DNA of 64,000 bases from Phormidesmis sp. (GTDB taxonomy: Bacteria > Cyanobacteriota > Cyanobacteriia > Leptolyngbyales > Leptolyngbyaceae), in NCBI GenBank assembly GCA_965248535.1, contig CBDFJR010000002.1, positions 2,048,001 through 2,112,000 on the forward strand, given 5' to 3'. Below the pieces are notes generated by a model, which saw nothing but the letters and a program-made list of their open reading frames with translations, was not told the origin of the DNA and ran no database searches. The translations under genes were made by a program, and so were the position numbers. Below, in pieces: positions 1 through 10,020 of this stretch. Position 1 is the stretch's first letter; each line of letters begins with the position of its first letter.

Positions 1-121
1 CAGAGCCGTCTGGCAAGCGATCGGGCAATGGCTGACTTTGCTCAGTCCACGGAAACCCTGTCTTACCGTCTGGGGGAGAAGGCAAATCGGCAAGCGTCAA
101 AGCAGACTGAAGAATAGGCAT
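1..121 (-). CDS. 5' part of a family 2 glycosyltransferase (runs off the window)
   Basis: Manual translation from ATG at 121 gives MPILQSALTLADLPSPPDGKTGFPWTEQSQPLPDRLPDGS, the Pro-rich leader that precedes the GT2 domain in many cyanobacterial glycosyltransferases; co-oriented with the cluster. Confidence 0.6.
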   Translation of the reverse strand, partial: MPILQSALTLADLPSPPDGKTGFPWTEQSQPLPDRLPDGS

Positions 122-214
122 AATGGCGGCTCAAAGATTGAAATGCTTTCATCTCAAGTTGTACTTAACTAATACGGCTTCGACAGGTTAAATCCGTATC
201 AATCGCTTACATTC

Positions 215-1309
215 TCAAAAGAGCGATCGATAGACTGCAAGCGTCTGCTGCGCCGTCTTCTCCCAGCTAAACGCTTTGGCACGCTGGTGTCCTTTTTGAA
301 TCAGGCGATCGCGCTCAGTCGAAGACTCTAACACCTGCAACAAAATATCTGCTAAATCACCAACAGAGGTCGGATCAAACAAAATTCCAGCATCACCAAC
401 GACTTCGGGAATGCTAGACGCATTAGAAGCCACCACAACGGACCCACACGCCATCGCTTCAAGTGGTGGAATTCCGAAGCCTTCATACAACGATGGATAG
501 ACAAATGCCGTGCTGCATCGATAGAGTTTTGCGAGGTGGTTATCGCTGGCGTAGCCGTAATAGTCAATGCGATTAGTCAATTTTAATTCAGCAATTTGTC
601 TTTGTTCACTCTCATTAAAAGGCGGTCCAACCACACATAGTAAAATATCATCATCAACGCTAGCAGCTTTAGAAAAAGCTACTAGGAGTGTATCGAAGTT
701 TTTGTATTCTTTACTGCGGCTACCGACGTGGAGAAAGTAGGGTTGTGATGGTACTGATTCTTCGCCATAAGCTTGTTCCTGACTGAGTTCGGACGCTTCA
801 TATATAACTACGGTTTTGTCCTCTACTTCTGGATAAATTTTGAGTAGATCACTTTTGGTATTTTCCGAAACACAGATTAGTCTATGAGCGGCATGAATAG
901 CATCCTTTTTCGCGCGGGTTGTATATCCTTTGGGATCTATACTGTCTGCTAGCAGTTCATGAATCATGTCATGAACTGTGATGACAAGAGAGCCATTGCT
1001 ATTTGAGAAGGGTCTGTCGGTAAGTTGAAGATAGTAAGTAGGATGCTGCACATCAAAGCGATGCAATGCTGGAATCGCCCGAAAATAATGCTTTTCGAGC
1101 GGGTCAGAAACGCGTCTAGGTTTCATCCCACGGGGATAGGTAAAGGTTTTTAGACGGGGGTGAGTTGGCGCATTGACTTGAATAGACCGACAGGTTGTGA
1201 GGGTAGGAGTAACGTCGCTCGGCAACTTCTGAATAATGTTCGCGAAATAGCGATTGATTCCGCCTGCTACCTGCATTGAGTAGATATAGCCGTCATAGAG
1301 AATTCGCAT
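215..1309 (-). CDS. Glycosyltransferase family 4 (GT-B)
   Basis: GGINRY N-terminal motif, TVHDMIHE, FVYPSLYEGFGIPPLEAMACG (E-X7-E). Confidence 0.92.
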   Translation of the reverse strand: MRILYDGYIYSMQVAGGINRYFANIIQKLPSDVTPTLTTCRSIQVNAPTHPRLKTFTYPRGMKPRRVSDPLEKHYFRAIPALHRFDVQHPTYYLQLTDRPFSNSNGSLVITVHDMIHELLADSIDPKGYTTRAKKDAIHAAHRLICVSENTKSDLLKIYPEVEDKTVVIYEASELSQEQAYGEESVPSQPYFLHVGSRSKEYKNFDTLLVAFSKAASVDDDILLCVVGPPFNESEQRQIAELKLTNRIDYYGYASDNHLAKLYRCSTAFVYPSLYEGFGIPPLEAMACGSVVVASNASSIPEVVGDAGILFDPTSVGDLADILLQVLESSTERDRLIQKGHQRAKAFSWEKTAQQTLAVYRSLF

Positions 1310-1317
1310 TGTTCGCC

Positions 1318-2172
1318 TTACTTCTTTGCAAGGAAGGAATACAATCTACCCGGAGCAGTGCAGGACTGTGAAAGCCGCTTTCGATAGAACATTTCGATCT
1401 GGGGAATTTGAACTAAACGACCCGCGATCGTACTTCCTACTTTCTGCTGCATTCGCTCTACAATCTGGTTTTGAACCTCAGCATTAGAAGTAGGGAAATG
1501 ATTGATCGCATTCTCGAAAGGCGCGATCGTGCGAATCTCTTTAAATCCAGCTTGTGCGATCGCAGCAAGATAGGTATCTACAGGATAAGCGTTTTCTCCA
1601 CCATGCAATTGATGCAGAATATGGTGATCAAAAAATTCCTGAAGTTGGGTTTCGTCGTCGATCACATGTTCACGAGTGGCTAAAAGCAGTCCTTCTGGTT
1701 TCAGTACTCGAAAGCATTCCGACAATCCACGCTGTAGGTCAGAGAAATGATGCAATGCTTGGCGTTCGTAGACTACATCAAAGGTTGAATCTGAAAAAGG
1801 TAGCGACTCAGCAAACGCTTGAAATGTCTCGATCGATCCGCTTTCGATTGTAGAACTGAGTCTTTTAGCGGCTTCAAGCCCCACATCGCCACTTAGATCG
1901 GGGTCTACAGCAAATATATGATGCCCTAAAGCAGCAAACGCATAAGAAACGATCCCGTTTCCGCAACCCAAATCAAGGATATTTTTCGGTTTAGGCGATG
2001 AATTCAGTCTCAAAAGTGTCACGATTTCAGAAAACTCTTCACTTGCCTCAAATCGCTTCGCAGCAACCAGATTATCTTCATCTAAATAACAAAGCTTAAC
2101 GAATTCTTCTTGTCCTGGCTGATTTCGCATCCAATTAACAGATTCTTCATAGCTAACTAGTTCTCGGTTCAT
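1318..2172 (-). CDS. Class I SAM-dependent methyltransferase
   Basis: ILDLGCGNG motif I, AESLPFSDSTFDVV, ALHH, RVLKPEG. Confidence 0.9.
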   Translation of the reverse strand: MNRELVSYEESVNWMRNQPGQEEFVKLCYLDEDNLVAAKRFEASEEFSEIVTLLRLNSSPKPKNILDLGCGNGIVSYAFAALGHHIFAVDPDLSGDVGLEAAKRLSSTIESGSIETFQAFAESLPFSDSTFDVVYERQALHHFSDLQRGLSECFRVLKPEGLLLATREHVIDDETQLQEFFDHHILHQLHGGENAYPVDTYLAAIAQAGFKEIRTIAPFENAINHFPTSNAEVQNQIVERMQQKVGSTIAGRLVQIPQIEMFYRKRLSQSCTAPGRLYSFLAKK

Positions 2173-2221
2173 AAGTAGTCTCCTCTATCATTTGCAACTA
2201 TCATTAATGAGCGCTATTGAT

Positions 2222-3502
2222 TTAGACTGGGACTGCACATTTTTCGACCCAAGGTAAATCAGCCATGACCAGTCCAATCTCATGATGCTTTTGATATTTT
2301 GCTAACTTAGTTCCAGTTTCATTGATCATAAATCCAATGATTTTCTCATGAACATCGTATAGCTGAACCATCGGCTCATGGGCAGCGATCGACACCACAT
2401 AGGAACCTGGCATCAAAAACATTCCTGGAACTTGGACAGACGCTTTGTAAGTCCCAACATCGCGCTTTTGTAAGCAACCGGGGCTAAGGTCTGACTGAAG
2501 TGACGTAAAAACTGCTCGACCATCCTGGGTCTCAATCCGAACAGATAGCTCTAGATTTTGAATAGGTGCTTTAATCTCATAGCTCAGATCTAGAGAAAAT
2601 GGGTAGCGAACATCTAGCTCAGAAGAGTAGTTTCCATCGTGCCCGACCAGAGAAATTTCTTTAAAGAATATTGACTTTTTCTGAATACTTTCAGCCTGGG
2701 TGTGAAGCTTAACACAAGCCGATTTGCTAACATCAGACAGAAGATAATTAGAGACAATTTCATTAGTAGAACCTGTACTGACAATCTGACCTTTTTTAAG
2801 ATAAATTGCCTTTGTGCACAACTGAGTAATCGTGCCAATGTTGTGGCTCACAAAGATAACAGTTCTTCCTTCTCGACCAACCTCCTCCATTTTTCCCAAA
2901 CACTTCTGCTGAAATTGGGCATCACCCACTGCTAATACTTCATCTACAATCAAAACTTCTGGCTCTAAGTGAGCAGCCACCGCAAAAGCAAGACGCACAT
3001 ACATACCAGAAGAGTAGCGTTTTACGGGTGTATCTAAAAATCTCTCAACCTCTGCAAACGCCACAATCTCATCAAACTTTCGGGTAATTTCTACTTTACT
3101 CATACCCAGAATTGCACCATTGAGAAAGATATTTTCTCGCCCGGTTAACTCTGGGTGAAACCCCGTCCCCACTTCTAATAAACTAGCGACTCGTCCTTTG
3201 ATGCGAATGGAGCCATTAGTTGGTTCTGTGATTCGGCTTAAAACTTTTAGAAGGGTTGATTTGCCTGCGCCATTACGACCGATAATGCCCACCCGATCGC
3301 CCTGCTTAATCTCAAACGAGACATCTTTTAGCGCCCAAAACTCTTCTTGAGCAGCGCGGGCTTTAGAGCGACCCTTAAACAAAGATCCAACGCCGTTAGC
3401 GATCGTCTCTCGCAGTGACTTATAGCTGCTGCTGCCTTCTTGCTGATGACCCAGAATATATTTCTTACTCAGGTTTTCAACTTGAATGATGGTGTCAGAC
3501 AT
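2222..3502 (-). CDS. wzt: Polysaccharide ABC transporter ATP-binding subunit with C-terminal carbohydrate-binding extension
   Basis: FWALKDVSFE, GRNGAGKST, YSSGMYVRLAFAVA, LIVDEVLAVGD, then a ~170-aa C-terminal domain; ATG 3502 (MSDTIIQVENL) is the likely start. Confidence 0.92.
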   Translation of the reverse strand: MSDTIIQVENLSKKYILGHQQEGSSSYKSLRETIANGVGSLFKGRSKARAAQEEFWALKDVSFEIKQGDRVGIIGRNGAGKSTLLKVLSRITEPTNGSIRIKGRVASLLEVGTGFHPELTGRENIFLNGAILGMSKVEITRKFDEIVAFAEVERFLDTPVKRYSSGMYVRLAFAVAAHLEPEVLIVDEVLAVGDAQFQQKCLGKMEEVGREGRTVIFVSHNIGTITQLCTKAIYLKKGQIVSTGSTNEIVSNYLLSDVSKSACVKLHTQAESIQKKSIFFKEISLVGHDGNYSSELDVRYPFSLDLSYEIKAPIQNLELSVRIETQDGRAVFTSLQSDLSPGCLQKRDVGTYKASVQVPGMFLMPGSYVVSIAAHEPMVQLYDVHEKIIGFMINETGTKLAKYQKHHEIGLVMADLPWVEKCAVPV

Positions 3503-3587
3503 TACAACCCCTATCTGTTTCACTACTACCGACTTCAGACACTCTGCGACTAATCAGGACAATAAAAGAGCCATTACTCAAAACACA

Positions 3588-4004
3588 TTAATAGTCTCTT
3601 AAGCCCAACTCAGGCGGCAAAACCTGAATTACAAACTTTACAAATGCTGCTGCCATTTCAAATGCTTGGTCTGCTTCAGATTGTTCTGGAGCCAAAACTT
3701 CACCTGGATAACGAAACTCTGTTGCATAAGGCGTTAATCTAACCGCCATTGCTCTCCATTCACCAAAGTCAGGTTCAAAAGGAATACAAAGTGCTAGTAG
3801 AGAGACTAGATTATGAGTCTTCTGAAAAAGGATATCCTGGTAGGTCAAATACCCCTTGATTGCTTTCTCGGACGCTTGTTGACAGTGATAGACCGAGATA
3901 TCAAGATAAGACTCTTCACTTTCGAGCAGTAGCCGAGCCGCCCCTAAATCTCGTTGGCTTTTGATCAACCACTGGCAAACCTCATCCCGCTTTGCCTCAT
4001 TCAT
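3588..4004 (-). CDS. HEPN domain protein (partner of the MNT)
   Basis: W..KS..DL, YHCQQASEKAIKG, KTHNL, RYP; start overlaps the MNT stop. Confidence 0.85.
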   Translation of the reverse strand: MNEAKRDEVCQWLIKSQRDLGAARLLLESEESYLDISVYHCQQASEKAIKGYLTYQDILFQKTHNLVSLLALCIPFEPDFGEWRAMAVRLTPYATEFRYPGEVLAPEQSEADQAFEMAAAFVKFVIQVLPPELGLRDY

Positions 4005-4320
4005 AAAGCACCCTACCTCTCTCAAGGGCTTGAGAAACTAAAGATGTTGCCACCAGTGACGATTTCTCCACCTCTTGACGTGTTAACACCACAATTTCCG
4101 TTGGAGCCGTCAGCCCCCATAGAGACCCATAAGCCTGACTTGCCCGCCGATGACGCGGCTGATCAGAATCAGAGACAATCACCAAAATATCAATGTCACT
4201 GTCTTCATGAGGTTCACCGTAGGCATGAGAGCCAAACAAAATCACCTTTTCTGGCTGCAAACCCTGCACCAAGCGCTCAACAATTTCTTTGAGAAGCTCT
4301 GTCGATAGATACTTCATCAC
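3997..4320 (-). CDS. Minimal nucleotidyltransferase (MNT)
   Basis: VILFGSHAYGEPHEDSDIDILV (GS-X10-DXD) and C-terminal G.VLYE. Confidence 0.88.
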   Translation of the reverse strand: MMKYLSTELLKEIVERLVQGLQPEKVILFGSHAYGEPHEDSDIDILVIVSDSDQPRHRRASQAYGSLWGLTAPTEIVVLTRQEVEKSSLVATSLVSQALERGRVLYE

Positions 4321-4425
4321 TTTTAGCCTTGACTAATCAACGATCGGGTTCACACGACTAGTTTATTGCCATAACTCAGGTTTTCAACTTCGTAGCCGGA
4401 TTTCACGGCTGAAGTTTAACGATCG

Positions 4426-5268
4426 CTAAATCACATCTGCAAACGTCCGCTCTACCTTCCGAAAATACCAGATGCCGCTCATCAAAACCAACCCGACCAG
4501 ACTGACCGACAGCGCAAATCCGGGTAGATAAATCGCCGTCTCCTGTCCCAAAATTGCCCATCGAAACCCATCAATTACCCCCACCATCGGGTTGAGCGAA
4601 TAGAGCAACCGCCACTGCGCTGGCACAACACTGCTGCTAAACCCAACAGGCGAAATATATAGCCCAAACTGCATCACAAACGGCACCACATAGCGAAAGT
4701 CGCGATATTTCACCGTTAATGCTGCAAACCATAGCCCGATCCCGATCGCTGCCGCTGACGCAATCACCACAAACAACGGTAGCGATAAAATTCGCCAACT
4801 GGGAACAAAGTTATACCACGCCATGAGACCCAGCAAAATCATGCCAGAGATCATGAAATCGACAAAGCTGACAACTACAGCACTGATCGGCACAATTAAT
4901 CGAGGAAAGTAAACTTTTGAAATCAGATTAGAATTCCCCACTAAACTGTTGCTGCACTCGCCCATCGCACTCGAAAAAAACTGCCAGGGCAACAGCGCCG
5001 AAAAAATTAAAATGGGATAAGGAACCCCATTGGAAGGCAACTTAGCAATATTGCCAAACACAACCGTAAACACCACCATCGTCAAAAACGGACGAATCAA
5101 CGCCCAGGCAATGCCAATCTCAGTTTGCTTATAGCGCACTAAAATGTCTCGCCAAGACAAAAAATAGAGCAACTCACGATACTTCCACAAATCCCGCCAA
5201 TATTGCTTTTCAGCTTGACCCGCAGCAATCACAATCTCTTTTTGAGCCGACTGTATATTAGGTTGCAT
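4426..5268 (-). CDS. wzm: Polysaccharide ABC transporter permease
   Basis: RDILVRYKQT.IG..W, LISKVYFPR, YRDFRYVVPF, LNPMVGVIDGFR; multiple TM segments. Confidence 0.92.
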   Translation of the reverse strand: MQPNIQSAQKEIVIAAGQAEKQYWRDLWKYRELLYFLSWRDILVRYKQTEIGIAWALIRPFLTMVVFTVVFGNIAKLPSNGVPYPILIFSALLPWQFFSSAMGECSNSLVGNSNLISKVYFPRLIVPISAVVVSFVDFMISGMILLGLMAWYNFVPSWRILSLPLFVVIASAAAIGIGLWFAALTVKYRDFRYVVPFVMQFGLYISPVGFSSSVVPAQWRLLYSLNPMVGVIDGFRWAILGQETAIYLPGFALSVSLVGLVLMSGIWYFRKVERTFADVI

Positions 5269-6194
5269 TAATACGCTCCAAACCCTGACAGAACTTTAGG
5301 AATCGTCAACAGCAAAAACTTAAAGTCTTGCCAAAGTGACCAATTTTCTAGATAGCGCAGATCCGTTTGATTAACCTGGCTGAGATCAAGCTGCGTCGAT
5401 CGTCCTTGCACCTGCCACGCTCCCGTGATGCCAGGCAGCGCATTGAGTCGATGCTGCAACTCTGGGCTAATGCGAACGGCATCATAGAGCGCCCAGGGTC
5501 GCGGGCCCACAAAACTCATTTCACCCCGCAAGACATTGATTAGCTGCGGCAGTTCATCAATGCTATATTTTCGCAGCCATCGGCCCAAACGGGTCACCCG
5601 TGGGTCATCTTTGAGCTTGTGCAATCCGCTTTGGTGCTGCATAAGTTGATGATGTAATTGGTCGGCATCCATCACCATCGTGCGAAACTTGAGGATTTGG
5701 AACAGCCGACCGCGCTCACCAACTCGCCACTGCCGAAAGAACAAAGTTCCCGGAGAGTCGTAGCGAATCAGCGCCATGATCAGCAAAAAAACCGGGCTGA
5801 GAATCGTCAACAGCACGGCGGCCGCCACCCGATCGAAGACCCGCTTAAACCCCCAGCAAACCGGACTTTGCATCTGGGGAGACCCGCGCTTAGTGGGCGT
5901 GCGAATAAACACAGGCTTACTCGATTGCAGGCAGGCATCTGCCCAGCGCTTCAGCACCGTCTCACCGATCGTGATATCCAATCTCACGAGATGAATCGGC
6001 GATCGCTGCAAACACTCAACCAACCACGACAGATTATCGAGATGGGGCAACGAGACGGCAGACGGTTGCCCCGATCGCCGCACAATCAACTGCCGAAGCC
6101 GCCAAATCAGACTATAGTGCTCGTCACGATCGAGGGCATTAGAAGCGCGATCTGAAGAAACAGGAAGACTGGATAACATAAGATTAGGTTCCAT
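5268..6194 (-). CDS. Sugar (phosphoglycosyl) transferase, HepC-like
   Basis: [48 protein letters not shown]. Confidence 0.9.
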   Translation of the reverse strand: MEPNLMLSSLPVSSDRASNALDRDEHYSLIWRLRQLIVRRSGQPSAVSLPHLDNLSWLVECLQRSPIHLVRLDITIGETVLKRWADACLQSSKPVFIRTPTKRGSPQMQSPVCWGFKRVFDRVAAAVLLTILSPVFLLIMALIRYDSPGTLFFRQWRVGERGRLFQILKFRTMVMDADQLHHQLMQHQSGLHKLKDDPRVTRLGRWLRKYSIDELPQLINVLRGEMSFVGPRPWALYDAVRISPELQHRLNALPGITGAWQVQGRSTQLDLSQVNQTDLRYLENWSLWQDFKFLLLTIPKVLSGFGAY

Positions 6195-6245
6195 CGCTAA
6201 AGGATCGGCAGAGCAGACTTCAGAGCAGATAGACTCAGCCCACCG

Positions 6246-8447
6246 CTAATCTTGAGACGCATAGTAAGTCTCACGCACGGCTGGGCTATTAACCCCGTTG
6301 GCAACGACCCCGATCAAATTCAGTTGGTTGAGCATCTCCATCGATCGCGTCAATTTTGACCGACTCACTTGATTAATGCGCCCCACCAACAGCACCCCGC
6401 TACAGCACGAGGCCGTCAGCATCGCATCCACCATGCCCAGCGCCGGAGGCGCATCGACGATCACCAGATCATAGGTTTGCTCAAAGGTGGCCATCACTTC
6501 TTTCATCCGTTGAGAACTCAAGAGCTTAACCGGGTCAGCCGGGGTCGGCCCCGAAGTCAGCACAGAGATGTTTCCCCGCAGATTGGGGTCTTGAAGCTCA
6601 ATCTGGTGAGGAATCGGACTCTGGCTCACGAGCAGCGTCGATAACCCGTGCTCATTGGGCAAGTTGAGCAACTTGTGCAAATTGGGTCGTCGCAGATCGG
6701 CATCGATTAACAACACGCGCTGATGCAGTCTCGCTGCACTGATCGCCAACCCTACGGCTAACGTCGATTTCCCTTCACCCGCCAGGGTCGAAGTGATGAC
6801 GATCGAGTGCAGTTCGGCGGTGGCGTTGATCAGTTGCAGATTTTGATAGAGCAGATCGAGCGACTCGCGAAACGGTTTCCATTTAGTGAGTTGCGCGATC
6901 GGGGGCAGCAATGCTTGAGATTGTCCCGGCAGCCGCAGGGCTGGTTTCCCGCTCAGTGCCCCCAGCGACAGTTCTGGAATCACCCCCAACAAAGGCACAG
7001 GCGTTTGCTGGTTTAACTCATCAGAGCTATGCACCGCATCGTCACTGGCTTCTCTGGCGACCGCCGCCACACCGCCTAGCAAAATGCCCACCACGAGACC
7101 TAACATCAGATTTTTCTGAAGATCAGGGCCGGTTTTTGCGCCGACTTGGGCTTCTTCAACCACCTGCCACGCAAAGCCACCGCGGGCAATTTCCAGTCCT
7201 AAGTCTTGTTGGGCTTTGAGCAACTGTTTAAGTGTGTCTCGATTCAGTTCAATATCTGGCTTCAACCGTTCATAGCGAGCCAACAGTTGAGGAAATCGCT
7301 GTAGTTCTGCCCGCACCTTTTGTTCGCTGCTCAACAAGCTGAGATATTTCGCTTGAGCCGCCCGCAAGTTGCCCTCTACCTCAACAAATTGAGTGATCAG
7401 CGTTTGGTCAAACCCACCCAGTTGCCCAGTCGATAACAGACTTTCGCCAGAGCCTGTGCTGGTGCTGCCCAACAGACGGCTGGCTTCAAGCTGGAGTTGC
7501 TTTAGCTGCCGCTGACGCTGATCGAGCAAAGGCTGCATATTGAGCGTGTTGTCTTTAAATCGAACTCGCTGCTGCTCGATCGCCAACTCGGTTTTTTGAA
7601 TCTCGTTGAGCACGGTTTGATAGCGCCCTGACTGGTTGAGGCGTGTCGTCAACACGGCCTGCTGGGGAGAGAGATTGACCTTCTGCTGCAAGTCATTGTC
7701 ACGGGTCTGCAATTCTCGAATTTGAATCAGGGTTGCTTGTTGTTCAGTCAGCAAGCGGTTGAGCATCTCAGTTTTTGCGGACACTTCAGCAGATGGCTCG
7801 ATCAGTGCTTGGTCTCGCCGAAAAGTCTCTAGGGCGGCCTCCGCACTTTTGACCTTGCCTTCAACCTGCGGAAGCTGTTTATCAACAAACGACAGCCCTC
7901 GCGCCAGACGATCTTGCTGTTGCTGAAGGTTGAACTGTTGATAGACCGTTTGCACAGCTTTCAGCACTTTTTGAGTCTTGAGCGGGTCGTTGCTGGTGTA
8001 GGTGATGCCAAAGATTTTGGTGTCGGTTTTCTTGGCTCCTGATCCTTGCCCTTGTTGAGCGATCGTCAGCGCCGCTCGAAACGCATTCACGCTGCCGGGG
8101 CTATCGGGGTCAAGCTCAGGATATTCTGTGTGCAATAAAGCCATTGCCTTTTTAAGCAAGTTAGACCCCTGCATCAGCGAGATCTGCGTGGCGTAGTCAA
8201 CATCAACCGTCGAGTCAGTAAAAGACTCAGCCCCGCCCTTCTTGCCCTGGTAGTTTGGCTCAACCAAAAACTGCATCGCACTCACATAGGTCGATTCTTG
8301 CCGAAGCGTGTGGGCAAACGCGATCGCCACCGAAGCCAAGCCCAAGGTCAACACCCACAGATAGCGGCGCTGAAGAATCGCGAACAATTGCCCATATCCA
8401 GGGTCGGTGGTGGTGGGCAGATTTAGCTTAGGTTGAGCGGCTGTCAT
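6246..8447 (-). CDS. wzc: GumC/Wzc chain-length determinant with tyrosine-kinase domain
   Basis: Two TM segments flanking a coiled coil; GEGKST Walker A, LLIDADLRRP, IVDAPP, C-terminal YY. Confidence 0.88.
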   Translation of the reverse strand: MTAAQPKLNLPTTTDPGYGQLFAILQRRYLWVLTLGLASVAIAFAHTLRQESTYVSAMQFLVEPNYQGKKGGAESFTDSTVDVDYATQISLMQGSNLLKKAMALLHTEYPELDPDSPGSVNAFRAALTIAQQGQGSGAKKTDTKIFGITYTSNDPLKTQKVLKAVQTVYQQFNLQQQQDRLARGLSFVDKQLPQVEGKVKSAEAALETFRRDQALIEPSAEVSAKTEMLNRLLTEQQATLIQIRELQTRDNDLQQKVNLSPQQAVLTTRLNQSGRYQTVLNEIQKTELAIEQQRVRFKDNTLNMQPLLDQRQRQLKQLQLEASRLLGSTSTGSGESLLSTGQLGGFDQTLITQFVEVEGNLRAAQAKYLSLLSSEQKVRAELQRFPQLLARYERLKPDIELNRDTLKQLLKAQQDLGLEIARGGFAWQVVEEAQVGAKTGPDLQKNLMLGLVVGILLGGVAAVAREASDDAVHSSDELNQQTPVPLLGVIPELSLGALSGKPALRLPGQSQALLPPIAQLTKWKPFRESLDLLYQNLQLINATAELHSIVITSTLAGEGKSTLAVGLAISAARLHQRVLLIDADLRRPNLHKLLNLPNEHGLSTLLVSQSPIPHQIELQDPNLRGNISVLTSGPTPADPVKLLSSQRMKEVMATFEQTYDLVIVDAPPALGMVDAMLTASCCSGVLLVGRINQVSRSKLTRSMEMLNQLNLIGVVANGVNSPAVRETYYASQD

Positions 8448-8457
8448 GGAGTTCTAC

Positions 8458-9648
8458 TCAATGGGATAGGTGGCTAATGTCAACTGCTTCGCGGTGAAGC
8501 GGTGCAATCGGGAAAAATGACCGATCTAGGTCAGGCTCTTGTTGAAGATAGTCAGAGGCTTGAGGCATTTGACAAACCTGCTCGATCACCGATTCCAGTT
8601 TTTCAAAGAAGGTGGCTTCTGAGAAGTGAGCGATCGCGTGATCTCGAATGGCTTGATAATCCCAAGTATGATTTCGCGCCTGCACCAATCCCTGCTGCAA
8701 AGACTCTGGGGTTTGACGATTAAACAAAACACCTGTCTTGCCAGAAATTTGGGTGTCTAAAACGCCTCCGGCTCCATAGGCCACCACCGGAGTGCCGCTG
8801 GCATTGGCTTCGACGGGCACTAGCCCAAAATCTTCTAGGGCGGCAACAATCACGGCTTGGGCTTTTGACATCAGTCGAGTTCGTTCGGCATCGGGCACAT
8901 AGCCCAAAAATTCGATATTGCTGCGCGCTTGGGATTGCAGTCGTTCGCGTTCTGGCCCGTCTCCCATAATCAGCAGCCGCCAGCCCAGCCAGTTAAAGGC
9001 TTCAACGATGATGTCAATGCGCTTATAGCTCAACAGTCGCGACGAGACGAGATAGAAATCTTCTTTCTGATCAGAGGGGGTGAATTTGCTGGTCTCGATC
9101 GGGCAATTAATCACGATCGCGGGCTTGTGATAAGTGCGGCGAATCCGGGCCGCGACCACACTAGAGTTGCCAATATAAAGATCAGGCTCTTGAGCATACT
9201 TTAAATCAGTCAGGCGCATGGCCCGAAAAATATGTTCTAACGCCGGATAAAAGCGGCGATAGCTGCCATATTCGCGCAGATAGGTTTGGGTATCCCACAA
9301 GAAGCGCGTGATATTGTTGCAAAAGCAGATGTGATGGGCGCTTGGACGCTTACGCACTGCCTTGGCAAAGCTGGTCGTGCTGCTGAGAATCAGATCATAG
9401 TCTTGCAGATCGAGCGATCGGAAAGCCGGATAATAGAGCGGAGCCAGCAGCCTAAAATGCTCGGCAGCGTTAGGAATATTTTGCAGCCAAGTAGTTTGAA
9501 CTGATCGATTTCCCAAGTCGATGCTGTTGTCAGGATCGTAGAGAGATGTGTAGATATCTGCATGGGGATAGCGTTGACAGAGAAGTTCAAAAACTCTCTC
9601 TGCCCCACCTTTCTGGGTTAAATAATCATGGACTAGTGCAATTTTCAT
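8458..9648 (-). CDS. Glycosyltransferase family 4
   Basis: MKIALVHDYL..GGAERV, EDFGLVPVEANASG. Confidence 0.9.
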   Translation of the reverse strand: MKIALVHDYLTQKGGAERVFELLCQRYPHADIYTSLYDPDNSIDLGNRSVQTTWLQNIPNAAEHFRLLAPLYYPAFRSLDLQDYDLILSSTTSFAKAVRKRPSAHHICFCNNITRFLWDTQTYLREYGSYRRFYPALEHIFRAMRLTDLKYAQEPDLYIGNSSVVAARIRRTYHKPAIVINCPIETSKFTPSDQKEDFYLVSSRLLSYKRIDIIVEAFNWLGWRLLIMGDGPERERLQSQARSNIEFLGYVPDAERTRLMSKAQAVIVAALEDFGLVPVEANASGTPVVAYGAGGVLDTQISGKTGVLFNRQTPESLQQGLVQARNHTWDYQAIRDHAIAHFSEATFFEKLESVIEQVCQMPQASDYLQQEPDLDRSFFPIAPLHREAVDISHLSH

Positions 9649-10020
9649 TACCAGAAACCAGCGAAGCTAGATCGTAGTTAACTCTATTGATCATTTCTCG
9701 CAGAGAAGTCTTTTTTTGAATCTCTGCTTCGATGTGCAACCTGGTAGATTGTCTGATTACTTAATCATTCTCATGAGATTCTTTAAATCCGCAAACTTGT
9801 TCATCAAACCTTTATATGATTAGACAACCACAGCATCGTTTTCTAAAATCTTTGCTGAGTTTAATTTGCTAGTTCAGCCATCTCTAGACGGTTGTTTAAT
9901 GATCGATTGCCGATCTAGACCAGAGTTCTATAACTGAACTAAATAAGCATCTCAACTAGCTTTTATTTTGGCGATGTCTACCATAATTCATAAGCTCATA
10001 AACTGATTGCACCCCGCATT

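Noticed and set aside
172..198. GGCTTCGACAGG resembling the tmRNA 5' end
   Set aside because: Short match only; no tag reading frame or tRNA-like 3' end, and it sits in a 93-bp intergenic gap
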